In this document: piece after piece, positions 1 to 6,709 of the stretch | How the letters are laid out: each line of letters begins with the position of its first letter | Numbering within the stretch: the stretch's first letter is position 1 | Assembly: GCA_964426185.1 (NCBI GenBank) | Contig: CAYRPF010000038.1 | Span: forward strand, 10,936-18,747 | Length of the DNA: 7,812 nt | Direction of reading: 5' to 3' | Origin: an uncultured archaeon | GTDB taxonomy: Archaea; Asgardarchaeota; Lokiarchaeia; Sigyniarchaeales; Promethearchaeaceae | The notes under the pieces: generated by a model | Told to the model about the DNA's origin: nothing | What the model saw: only the letters and a program-made list of their open reading frames with translations | The model's database searches: none | Position numbers and translations under genes: made by a program

Positions 1-1
1 T

Positions 2-103
2 TTTGATGGAATTTTGAACAGACTTAAGCTAGAACAGCGTATATCTGCGTCAGAAGATCCTTTAGAGTCTTCAATTGAAAGCGAAGCAGGAGGAAATATG
101 TAA
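2..103 (+). CDS. 3' end of an upstream gene truncated by the window edge (...FDGILNRLKLEQRISASEDPLESSIESEAGGNM*); possibly HdrB or another Hdr-operon subunit
   Basis: Frame 2 is open from the window start to TAA at 101-103, which ends 1 nt before the hdrA ATG at 105. Identity is guessed only from context. Confidence 0.6.
   Translation, partial: FDGILNRLKLEQRISASEDPLESSIESEAGGNM
89..93 (+). promoter_or_regulatory. Shine-Dalgarno-like GGAGG for hdrA
   Basis: GGAGG at 89-93, 11 nt before ATG 105; supports ATG 105 rather than TTG 75 as the start. Confidence 0.6.
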
Positions 104-104
104 A

Positions 105-2165
105 ATGGAACGGTCAACAAAGTTACCCTCATCAGAGTTACCCCCATTACAATTATCGTTATCACAATCAGAACCCAAAGTTGGAGTTTATTTATGCCAC
201 TGCGGAAAAAATATTTCTGATGTAGTGGATATTAATACTTTGGGCTCTCTGGTATCCAAACTTCCCCATGTCGCTGTAGTAAGAGATTATAAGTTCATGT
301 GCAGTACCGCAGGTCAAGAATTGATTGCTGCAGACATTCGTTCTGGAAAGGTAAATCGTGTGGTTGTCTCGGCTTGCAGTCCTCTTATGCACGAGGAAAC
401 CTATCGAACGGTATTAAAAAATAATGAATTAAATGAATTTTTCTTTGAACAAGCTAATATTCGGGAGCATGTTTCGTGGGTGAATATGAACGATAAGGCA
501 GGAGCTCTAAAGGTGGCTCTCGATCACACTAAAATGGCAATTGCTAAGGTATCCCATGATCAACCTCTAATCCGCCAGAAAGTTCCGGTAGTTCAACGGG
601 CGCTGGTGGTTGGTGGAGGGATTTCGGGTATGTTTGCTGCGTTGGATTTAGCCGATAATTATCCCGTTACGTTAGTGGAACGTTCTCCGACTATTGGCGG
701 GCACATGGCTCAATTGGATAAAACATTTCCTACTATGGACTGCTCGGCATGTATCATTACTCCCAAAATGGTAGAAGTCGGACGTCATCCCAATATTGAG
801 TTACTCACCTACAGCGAAATTGAAGACGTGGATTTAAATGTGGGAAATTTTGAAATCACCGTCCGTAAAAAAGCCCGAAAAGTAAATCATGAAATTTGCA
901 CCGCCTGCGGAGTTTGCGCAAGTGTTTGCCCTGTAATAACGCCGAATGAATGGGATATGAATTTAGGATTTCGGGGGGCAGCTTATGTTCCCTTTCCACA
1001 AGCCGTTCCGGAACAATACACCATTGACGCAGATGCTTGTATACAATGTCGTCTATGTGTGGACAATTGCGAAGTTCATGCTATTGATCTCACCCAATCT
1101 GATGAGTTGATTACTCAAACTTTCGGGGCGGTAATTTTAGCCACCGGAAATGACATTTACTATCCGATCTCCTTTGCTCGATACGGTTACGGCAGATATA
1201 AAAACGTGTTGACAGGGATTGAAATGGAACGAATTCTTTCCAGCACAGGTCCCACACTTGGTAAAGTTCTTAACCCTCAAACCCATCAACCTCCAAAAAG
1301 TGTTGCTTATTTGCAGTGTGTAGGATCACGCGATTTCCATGAAGGGGCCCATCATTATTGCTCTCGGGTTTGCTGCATGTACGCCATTAAGCAAGCCCGG
1401 CAGTTGAAAGAAAAATTTCCTGAATTGGATCTTTCCATTATTTTTATTGATATTCGAGCATTTGGGAAGGGATATGAAGAGTTTTATGAAATTGCCGCCC
1501 GTGAGTATGGAATTCGATTTGTGCGCGGACGAGTAGGAGAAGTCTATCAAGATTTAGATGGATCACTGATTATCCAAGGTGCCGACACCCTTTTAGCGGA
1601 AAAATTTGAAATGCGAGTGGATATGTTGATACTTTCCACGGCTCTAGAATCTCGAAGTGATGCCTCTGAAGTGGGACATTTATTTGGGGTGCAGCAGACT
1701 GAAGATAATTTCTTTATGGAAGCCCATCCTAAACTCCGTCCAGTCGATTCACTCTCCGATGGAGTGTTTGTAGCAGGAACTTGCCAATCACCTAGAGATA
1801 TTCCCGACTCAGTTGCTCAAGCTAAAGCCGCTGCCTCCAGTGCCCATAATTTCATGAGTGCCGGCGAAGTGGAGATTGTTCCATACTATTCTCAAGTTCT
1901 CACCGAATACTGCTCTGGTTGTCATTCATGCATTAAAGTTTGTCCATTTTCTGCAATTTCATTTAAGGAGGAACAAAAAAAGGCAGAAATCAATTCTGTT
2001 AAATGCAAGGGCTGTGGGGCTTGTTCTGCAGTTTGTCCCTCGAATGCCATATTACAAAATCATTTTAGTCGAGAACAAATATTAGCCGAGCTTAAAGCTT
2101 TGGCGCCATGGAATATAGAAGCAACCGTTTCAGAGGATTCTATGACTTTATCAAGAGAAAAGTAA
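105..2165 (+). CDS. hdrA: CoB-CoM heterodisulfide reductase subunit A-like FAD/[4Fe-4S] protein (electron-bifurcating flavoprotein)
   Basis: Motifs KVGVYLCHCGKNI, FMCS, VVVSACSP, ANIREH.SW, FAD-binding ALVVGGGISG, IGGHMAQLDKTFPTMDCSACI, inserted ferredoxin CTACGVCASVCP/CIQCRLCVDNC, QCVGSRD...YCSRVCCMYAIKQA, FMEAHPKLRPV, GTCQSPRDIPDSVAQA, and C-terminal CSGCHSCIKVCP/CKGCGACSAVCP. The ORF track begins at TTG 75; ATG 105 is preferred. Confidence 0.96.
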   Translation: MERSTKLPSSELPPLQLSLSQSEPKVGVYLCHCGKNISDVVDINTLGSLVSKLPHVAVVRDYKFMCSTAGQELIAADIRSGKVNRVVVSACSPLMHEETYRTVLKNNELNEFFFEQANIREHVSWVNMNDKAGALKVALDHTKMAIAKVSHDQPLIRQKVPVVQRALVVGGGISGMFAALDLADNYPVTLVERSPTIGGHMAQLDKTFPTMDCSACIITPKMVEVGRHPNIELLTYSEIEDVDLNVGNFEITVRKKARKVNHEICTACGVCASVCPVITPNEWDMNLGFRGAAYVPFPQAVPEQYTIDADACIQCRLCVDNCEVHAIDLTQSDELITQTFGAVILATGNDIYYPISFARYGYGRYKNVLTGIEMERILSSTGPTLGKVLNPQTHQPPKSVAYLQCVGSRDFHEGAHHYCSRVCCMYAIKQARQLKEKFPELDLSIIFIDIRAFGKGYEEFYEIAAREYGIRFVRGRVGEVYQDLDGSLIIQGADTLLAEKFEMRVDMLILSTALESRSDASEVGHLFGVQQTEDNFFMEAHPKLRPVDSLSDGVFVAGTCQSPRDIPDSVAQAKAAASSAHNFMSAGEVEIVPYYSQVLTEYCSGCHSCIKVCPFSAISFKEEQKKAEINSVKCKGCGACSAVCPSNAILQNHFSREQILAELKALAPWNIEATVSEDSMTLSREK

Positions 2166-2186
2166 TTATTTGGAGAGTGAAAACCA

Positions 2187-2681
2187 ATGAATCAAGCTAA
2201 TACACTTGTAAACCGAACAAAATCCGGCATTAAGTCTTCCACAACGGAAAAATTTGAACCGTTGGTCGTTTGCATTGCATGTAATTGGTGCACATATACC
2301 GGTAGTGATCAAGCTGGTCGTAGTCGAATGCAACGACCAGCAAATGTTAGAATCATTCGAGTTATGTGTTCTGGTCGGGTAGAAGTCGAATATGCCATCG
2401 AAGCCTTAAAACAAGGGGCAGATGGTGTAATAATTGGTGCCTGTCATTTAGGAGATTGCCATTATTTGGAAGGAAATTTTAAAGCGGTGAGACGATTTGG
2501 TGTCGTACCTCGATTATTAGAACAGTTTGGGATCCATCCTGATCGCATCCAATTATGGCATATATCCGCCAGTGAGGGAGCTGAATTCACAGAGCGGATT
2601 AAAGAATATGTAGTTCATTTACGCAAATTGGGCCCAAGTCCTCTAAAACCTAAGTTAAAAAATAAGGAGACTTTATCATGA
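2187..2681 (+). CDS. mvhD: MvhD/FlpD family [2Fe-2S] hydrogenase iron-sulfur (delta) subunit
   Basis: FEPLVVCIACNWCTYTGSDQAG, NVRIIRVMCSGRV, GADGVIIGACHLGDCHYLEGN, WHISASEG; GGAG at 2172-2175 upstream; directly downstream of hdrA. Confidence 0.95.
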   Translation: MNQANTLVNRTKSGIKSSTTEKFEPLVVCIACNWCTYTGSDQAGRSRMQRPANVRIIRVMCSGRVEVEYAIEALKQGADGVIIGACHLGDCHYLEGNFKAVRRFGVVPRLLEQFGIHPDRIQLWHISASEGAEFTERIKEYVVHLRKLGPSPLKPKLKNKETLS

Positions 2682-3145
2682 AATGGCCAATCGTTAGTCA
2701 AACCATCAAAGGATCGGTACGCACCACCACCGTAGAGTATCTTAAAAAAACCCTCAATCTTGAATTTGACAGTGACAAATGTAAGTTTTGCCAGCAATGC
2801 GTTAAGGCATGTCCACATCAAGTTTTGGAAAAAGGAGTTTTTGATAAGAAATCTCCCACCATGAAATTCGATAGGCTCCCGCAGATGCCAGATCCAACCA
2901 AATGCGTGTTCTGCGGTACATGTTTTTACATTTGTCCATTCGAGGCGATTTCCTTTAAAATTGATCGTATTCCGCAGAAAAAGGAAGAACTTCCATTAGT
3001 TCGGCGAAAAGTTTTACCGATCTTTCAAGAATTAAAAGTTGGGAAGGTTATTTTGAGTGATCCTTCCTTTTCAAGTCCATATTGGGAGAGTTTGGCATGT
3101 AGGATTCTTCGCCAGTCAAAAAAATCTTCTTCAACCACAGAATAA
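2678..3145 (+). CDS. 2x[4Fe-4S] ferredoxin-domain protein, resembling the N-terminal module of FwdF-type polyferredoxins
   Basis: CKFCQQCVKACP and CVFCGTCFYICP motifs; ATGA overlap with the mvhD stop (2678-2681); AAGGAG at 2664-2669. Confidence 0.88.
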   Translation: MKWPIVSQTIKGSVRTTTVEYLKKTLNLEFDSDKCKFCQQCVKACPHQVLEKGVFDKKSPTMKFDRLPQMPDPTKCVFCGTCFYICPFEAISFKIDRIPQKKEELPLVRRKVLPIFQELKVGKVILSDPSFSSPYWESLACRILRQSKKSSSTTE

Positions 3146-3157
3146 CCGTAGAAATTT

Positions 3158-3216
3158 GATAATCTTTAAAAAAGGAAGGATCACTCAAAATATTTTAAAA
3201 TTATCTCTTTTTTTTT
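3158..3216 (+). terminator. Putative terminator of the hdr operon: imperfect inverted repeat followed by a T9 run
   Basis: GATAATCTTTAAAA (3158-3171) pairs with TTTTAAAATTATC (3193-3205) with one bulged C; T9 at 3208-3216. Confidence 0.5.
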
Positions 3217-3247
3217 GTTGATACAAAATATTTAGCGAGAATTGCCA

Positions 3248-3787
3248 ATGATTCCTGAACCTACCCCCTCCAAACGTGATCTAACTCAACTTGATTTATT
3301 AATTCTAAAAATCATTCAATTTCAAAATTCTGATACCATTTCCATGTCTTTACGCAATATTCAATCAAAACTCGAAGAATATAAGTCCATTCATCCTGAA
3401 ATGTTTGGTGTGAATCAAAGCTTGCCCAGTGTATCAACAATCAGTAAACGCATTAAATATCTTAAGGAATCTGGCGTTATTTTGTATCCTACTACTGTGA
3501 TTGATTGTTCAAAATTAGGATATGGCGAAATGATGTTGATATTCATTAAAGTCAAATTTAGTCGACCTATTCAAGAAATTCTCGATGACCTTCACCGAAT
3601 TAAAGAAATAAATTTAATTTATCAAATTTCGGGAGATTATCCTATCTATTGTATGTTCAAATGTGATGATAAAGATCATCAAATTGCATTACTTGAGCGT
3701 ATTAAGCAGATTGACGGGGTAGAAGATTTAAAGACCAATATTGTGATGAAAAAAATAAAAGAAGATTTACGTGTAAGACTAGTATAG
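3248..3787 (+). CDS. Lrp/AsnC family transcriptional regulator
   Basis: N-terminal LTQLDLLILKII, HTH SVSTISKRIKYLKESGVI, linker IDCSKLGY, RAM domain with YQISGDYP and ..IDGVEDLKTNIVMKKIKE. ATG at 3248 (track start TTG 3242). Confidence 0.9.
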   Translation: MIPEPTPSKRDLTQLDLLILKIIQFQNSDTISMSLRNIQSKLEEYKSIHPEMFGVNQSLPSVSTISKRIKYLKESGVILYPTTVIDCSKLGYGEMMLIFIKVKFSRPIQEILDDLHRIKEINLIYQISGDYPIYCMFKCDDKDHQIALLERIKQIDGVEDLKTNIVMKKIKEDLRVRLV

Positions 3788-3824
3788 CTTTTGATATTTG
3801 ACTAGTATAGCTTTTGATATTTGA
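3777..3824. repeat. Perfect 23-bp tandem duplication GACTAGTATAGCTTTTGATATTT x2 (+GA)
   Basis: Copies at 3777-3799 and 3800-3822, read directly from the sequence. Confidence 0.97.
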
Positions 3825-4735
3825 ATATCCTGGATCGCAACTCCGGTTAAATCTACCACAGTTATTTCTTCGTCATTTTCTCTCTGGTATGATGGATTTT
3901 GAATAGTTTCTCCTAATTCAATCAATTTTTCTTTTGATATTGCACCCGCTTGCATTGCTTTAAAACATTCGCCTCTTGTTTCCACTTGGAACTTGCTATC
4001 AACGATAATTTTATCCGCCCGTGCCAATATCTCAGGATCTAATTCTTGCTTTTCAGGTGTATCAGATCCCATTGCAGTTATATGAGTTCCTGGTCGCACT
4101 TGGTTTGCTAAAATCAATGGTTTTTTCGAGGGTGTACAAGTGACGATAAAATTACATGATTGGGGGATATCAGCAGAATCGAGGGTTGTTTCAATATTAA
4201 AACCAGAATCTTTCATGTCATTTCGATATCTATCAAGTTCATCTTGAGATATTCCCCAAACAAGGGCGTCCCGGCATTTGAGAACATTCTTTAAAAATCG
4301 TAGTTGTAACCTTCCTTGATCTCCAGATCCATAAATACCGATTCGATTTACTTGTTTTGGTGCAAAATATTTGGCTGCAACTGCTCCTGCTGCTGCGGTC
4401 CGGATATTCGTTAAGTATCCTTCATCAAGTAATATGCATTCTAATTGCCCTGTTTTTTGATTAAACACTAAGTTGAGCCCGGTATTGCTTGGGAGCCCGA
4501 TTTTCGGGTTTTCATAGAATCCCGATGCAATTTTTACAATATAGTAATCCCCATTTTTAATGTATCCATACTTGATATGACAGTCTCCAGGTGGATTTTG
4601 AAAGATCATCTCCCCAACAGGAGGAACCACCACTTTACCTAGGGAATAAGCCACGAATCCATCTTCAATCATCTGGATCGGGTCAATTTCGTTTAGAATT
4701 TTTTTTATTAGTTCTAATTTGATGATATCAGCCAT
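3779..4735 (-). CDS. Ornithine cyclodeaminase / mu-crystallin family protein (NAD(P)-dependent imine reductase or cyclodeaminase)
   Basis: VVVPP, HIKYG, IVKIASGFYENP..GLPS, LTNIRTAAAGAVAAKY, Rossmann IGIYGSGDQG, HITAMGSDTPEKQELD, DLTGVAIQD; GGAG (minus strand, 4745-4748) upstream of the ATG. Confidence 0.93.
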   Translation of the reverse strand: MADIIKLELIKKILNEIDPIQMIEDGFVAYSLGKVVVPPVGEMIFQNPPGDCHIKYGYIKNGDYYIVKIASGFYENPKIGLPSNTGLNLVFNQKTGQLECILLDEGYLTNIRTAAAGAVAAKYFAPKQVNRIGIYGSGDQGRLQLRFLKNVLKCRDALVWGISQDELDRYRNDMKDSGFNIETTLDSADIPQSCNFIVTCTPSKKPLILANQVRPGTHITAMGSDTPEKQELDPEILARADKIIVDSKFQVETRGECFKAMQAGAISKEKLIELGETIQNPSYQRENDEEITVVDLTGVAIQDIQISKAILVKYQKLY

Positions 4736-4751
4736 TTTGATTTACTCCATG

Positions 4752-5888
4752 TTATTTTTCAATCAAATTTTCAATAACATATTCTTCAAATTTTTCAAGC
4801 GATTCTGGCATATTAGCCCGACCGAATCCTACTCTGAAATAGTTATCCCCATATTCATATATTGTTCCAGGCAATAATACAACTCCTTTTTCTTTAACTA
4901 CCTTCAAACAGAATTCTTCGGCTTTATTCGTGAATTTTACTTTAACAAATCCAACTGATCCGGCTTTTGGTCTTCTCCATTCAAAATAATCAGAATAATT
5001 ATCAAAGAATTTATCTAATAAGGCCAGATTCCGTTGTATGATATTTCGATTTCTATTAAGCACTTTTTCCTTGTATTTCAAGGCAATCTTCGCCAATTCT
5101 TCACTTGGTCCACTATTACAGATGGTTGTATAATCTTTAAAATGATTCATTTTTCTACGAATATCATCATCCTTCGTGGCAATCCAGCCAATTCGAAGAC
5201 CTGCCAAGCCAAAAGCTTTGGACATAACCCCCAATGAAATAGCCTTAGGATAGACATCACAAGCAGAGGTTAATCGATCTTCGATTTTATATTCTAAGAA
5301 TCTATATACTTCATCGCAAAATATATAAATGTCATCCTCTTTAGCGATTGATATGATTTCATTGAATTCCTCTTGTGTGATCATCATTCCTGTAGGATTA
5401 TGAGGGAAATTAATAACTATTGCCTTTGTATTTTCTTTAATACTCTTGCGAAGGAATTCCAAATCCAGTCTCCATCCCTCATCTCCCTTATCAGAAATTT
5501 CCCAATTCGTAACTTCACATCCTATTGCATTGGCAACTTCATATAAAGATTGATAGGCCGGATATTGAACAATTATATGATCATTTTTATCTAAAAGCAC
5601 GTTCATGAAGATAAAAATTCCCTCCTCGGCTCCTGCAAAACATAATACCTCTTCCGCTCGAATATTTTCATACAAAGAAGAGATTTCCTTTCTTAATTCA
5701 GGATCTCCTTCTGATTCTGTGTATCCTAACCAACTGTTATTAAATTTATCTGCTATTTCAGGATCTTCACTCAAATTGAGCAATTCTTTGATAGAAATCG
5801 ATTCACAATCTGAAGATGAAAGTAAATAGGGTGCAGAAAACTCAAATTGAGTAAAATATCTCTCCAGCTTGAACTCTTTTATTTTCAT
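4752..5888 (-). CDS. PLP-dependent aminotransferase class I/II fold enzyme
   Basis: LGYT...GDPELR, GAEEGI, PAYQSL, INFPHNPTG, DEVYR, PLP-lysine motif SLGVMSKAFGLAGLRIGW, C-terminal FRVGFG; 16-nt spacer to the OCD gene suggests an operon. Confidence 0.94.
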   Translation of the reverse strand: MKIKEFKLERYFTQFEFSAPYLLSSSDCESISIKELLNLSEDPEIADKFNNSWLGYTESEGDPELRKEISSLYENIRAEEVLCFAGAEEGIFIFMNVLLDKNDHIIVQYPAYQSLYEVANAIGCEVTNWEISDKGDEGWRLDLEFLRKSIKENTKAIVINFPHNPTGMMITQEEFNEIISIAKEDDIYIFCDEVYRFLEYKIEDRLTSACDVYPKAISLGVMSKAFGLAGLRIGWIATKDDDIRRKMNHFKDYTTICNSGPSEELAKIALKYKEKVLNRNRNIIQRNLALLDKFFDNYSDYFEWRRPKAGSVGFVKVKFTNKAEEFCLKVVKEKGVVLLPGTIYEYGDNYFRVGFGRANMPESLEKFEEYVIENLIEK

Positions 5889-5903
5889 TATAATCAGTAT
5901 AAG

Positions 5904-5924
5904 TAATATCCATGATATTATAAA
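5904..5924 (-). promoter_or_regulatory. Putative archaeal TATA box (TTTATAAT, minus strand 5917-5924) overlapped by a perfect palindrome TAATATC-N3-GATATTA (5904-5920)
   Basis: TATA-like box 29-36 nt upstream of the aminotransferase ATG, no SD seen; palindrome read directly. Confidence 0.55.
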
Positions 5925-6059
5925 GATTTAGGAATATTTGAAACTCTTATAAAGTATTATGATGGTTATATCAGATTTTCCTTAATAGCTCTTGATATAT
6001 GCATTTTTTGCTGATTTAAAATTCGAATACCTTAAATATAATTCGATGCAATTAACCTC

Positions 6060-6614
6060 ATGATATTAAATAAGGATAGTATTCTTAAAGTTTTACAGCA
6101 ACTTCAAGAAGGCTATAGTCGCAGAGATCCAACGTACATTGATGAATTTATGCAAATTTTTTCCAAAGACGATGTCTTTTTGATAATTGGCACGAATCCC
6201 CAAGAAGTATTTCGGAGTTTTGAAACCGCGAAACAACTATTTCTTGACGATTGGAAAAATTGGGGACAAGTTGTGTTTGATATTCCTAATGCCATCATTA
6301 CTGGTAACGAAAAAATGGTGTGGGTTTTTATGAACGGAAACAACATGGATCTCATTACATCAGAATATGTTAATAACTGCATTGTGAAATGGGAGCAAAG
6401 TTCATTAGAAGAAATAACTTCCAAAAAAAAAGCCCAATTTTTTGAAATTCTAAATCATCAAGAAGGAAATTTATTGATATCTCCTATTCGAATTACTCTC
6501 ATCTTGGTCAAAGAAATGGGCCGATGGTTAATACAACACATGCACTTTTCGTTTCCAATCAAAGGATATCAACTTCTTATTATGAAGGAATTCTTTGGAA
6601 TTGAAAAGAATTGA
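6060..6614 (+). CDS. SnoaL-like / nuclear transport factor 2 (NTF2) family protein
   Basis: N-terminal helix ILKVLQQLQEGYSRRD...FMQIF, IIGT...E, DW..WG, and C-terminal RITLILVKEMGRWLIQHMHFSFP typical of SnoaL_3-type domains. Confidence 0.82.
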   Translation: MILNKDSILKVLQQLQEGYSRRDPTYIDEFMQIFSKDDVFLIIGTNPQEVFRSFETAKQLFLDDWKNWGQVVFDIPNAIITGNEKMVWVFMNGNNMDLITSEYVNNCIVKWEQSSLEEITSKKKAQFFEILNHQEGNLLISPIRITLILVKEMGRWLIQHMHFSFPIKGYQLLIMKEFFGIEKN

Positions 6615-6615
6615 A

Positions 6616-6655
6616 GTAAAGTTAAAATAAAAGGTACCATTTTTTTACTCTTTAC
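6616..6655 (+). terminator. Imperfect 40-bp palindrome centred on GGTACC containing a T7 run; probable terminator of the SnoaL-like gene
   Basis: GTAAAG (6616-6621) pairs with CTTTAC (6650-6655); 15 of 20 symmetric positions are complementary; T7 at 6640-6646; starts 2 nt after the stop. Confidence 0.45.
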
Positions 6656-6709
6656 CGCTTAGCCAATTCTGGCTATTAAATTTGTTTGATTACGCTTAAT
6701 CAGGAATAT

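Noticed and set aside
75-104. TTG-start N-terminal extension of hdrA (MKAKQEEICK)
   Set aside because: Overlaps the upstream gene's 3' end; ATG 105 has a GGAGG SD and follows the upstream stop.
2679-2681. Selenocysteine read-through of the mvhD TGA
   Set aside because: The domain is complete before the TGA, which forms a standard ATGA overlap with the next gene.
105-2681. hdrA/mvhD as evidence of methanogenesis
   Set aside because: These modules are widespread in non-methanogenic anaerobes, and no mcr or mtr genes are in the window.
192-2821. Short ORFs 192-392(-), 1326-1550(-), 1858-2085(+), 2615-2821(-)
   Set aside because: Antisense or alternative-frame shadows of well-supported hdrA/mvhD/ferredoxin genes, with no recognisable motifs.
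3146-3220. SECIS element downstream of the hdr operon
   Set aside because: No in-frame TGA in hdrA, mvhD or the ferredoxin gene, and no convincing AUGA/GA kink-turn core could be drawn.
3777-3824. CRISPR-like interpretation of the 23-bp repeat
   Set aside because: Only two copies, directly adjacent with no spacer, inside coding sequence; no cas genes in the window.
5697-5766. TTCAGGATCT repeated 60 bp apart in the aminotransferase gene
   Set aside because: Explained by a recurring DPE peptide with the same codons; short and likely coincidental.
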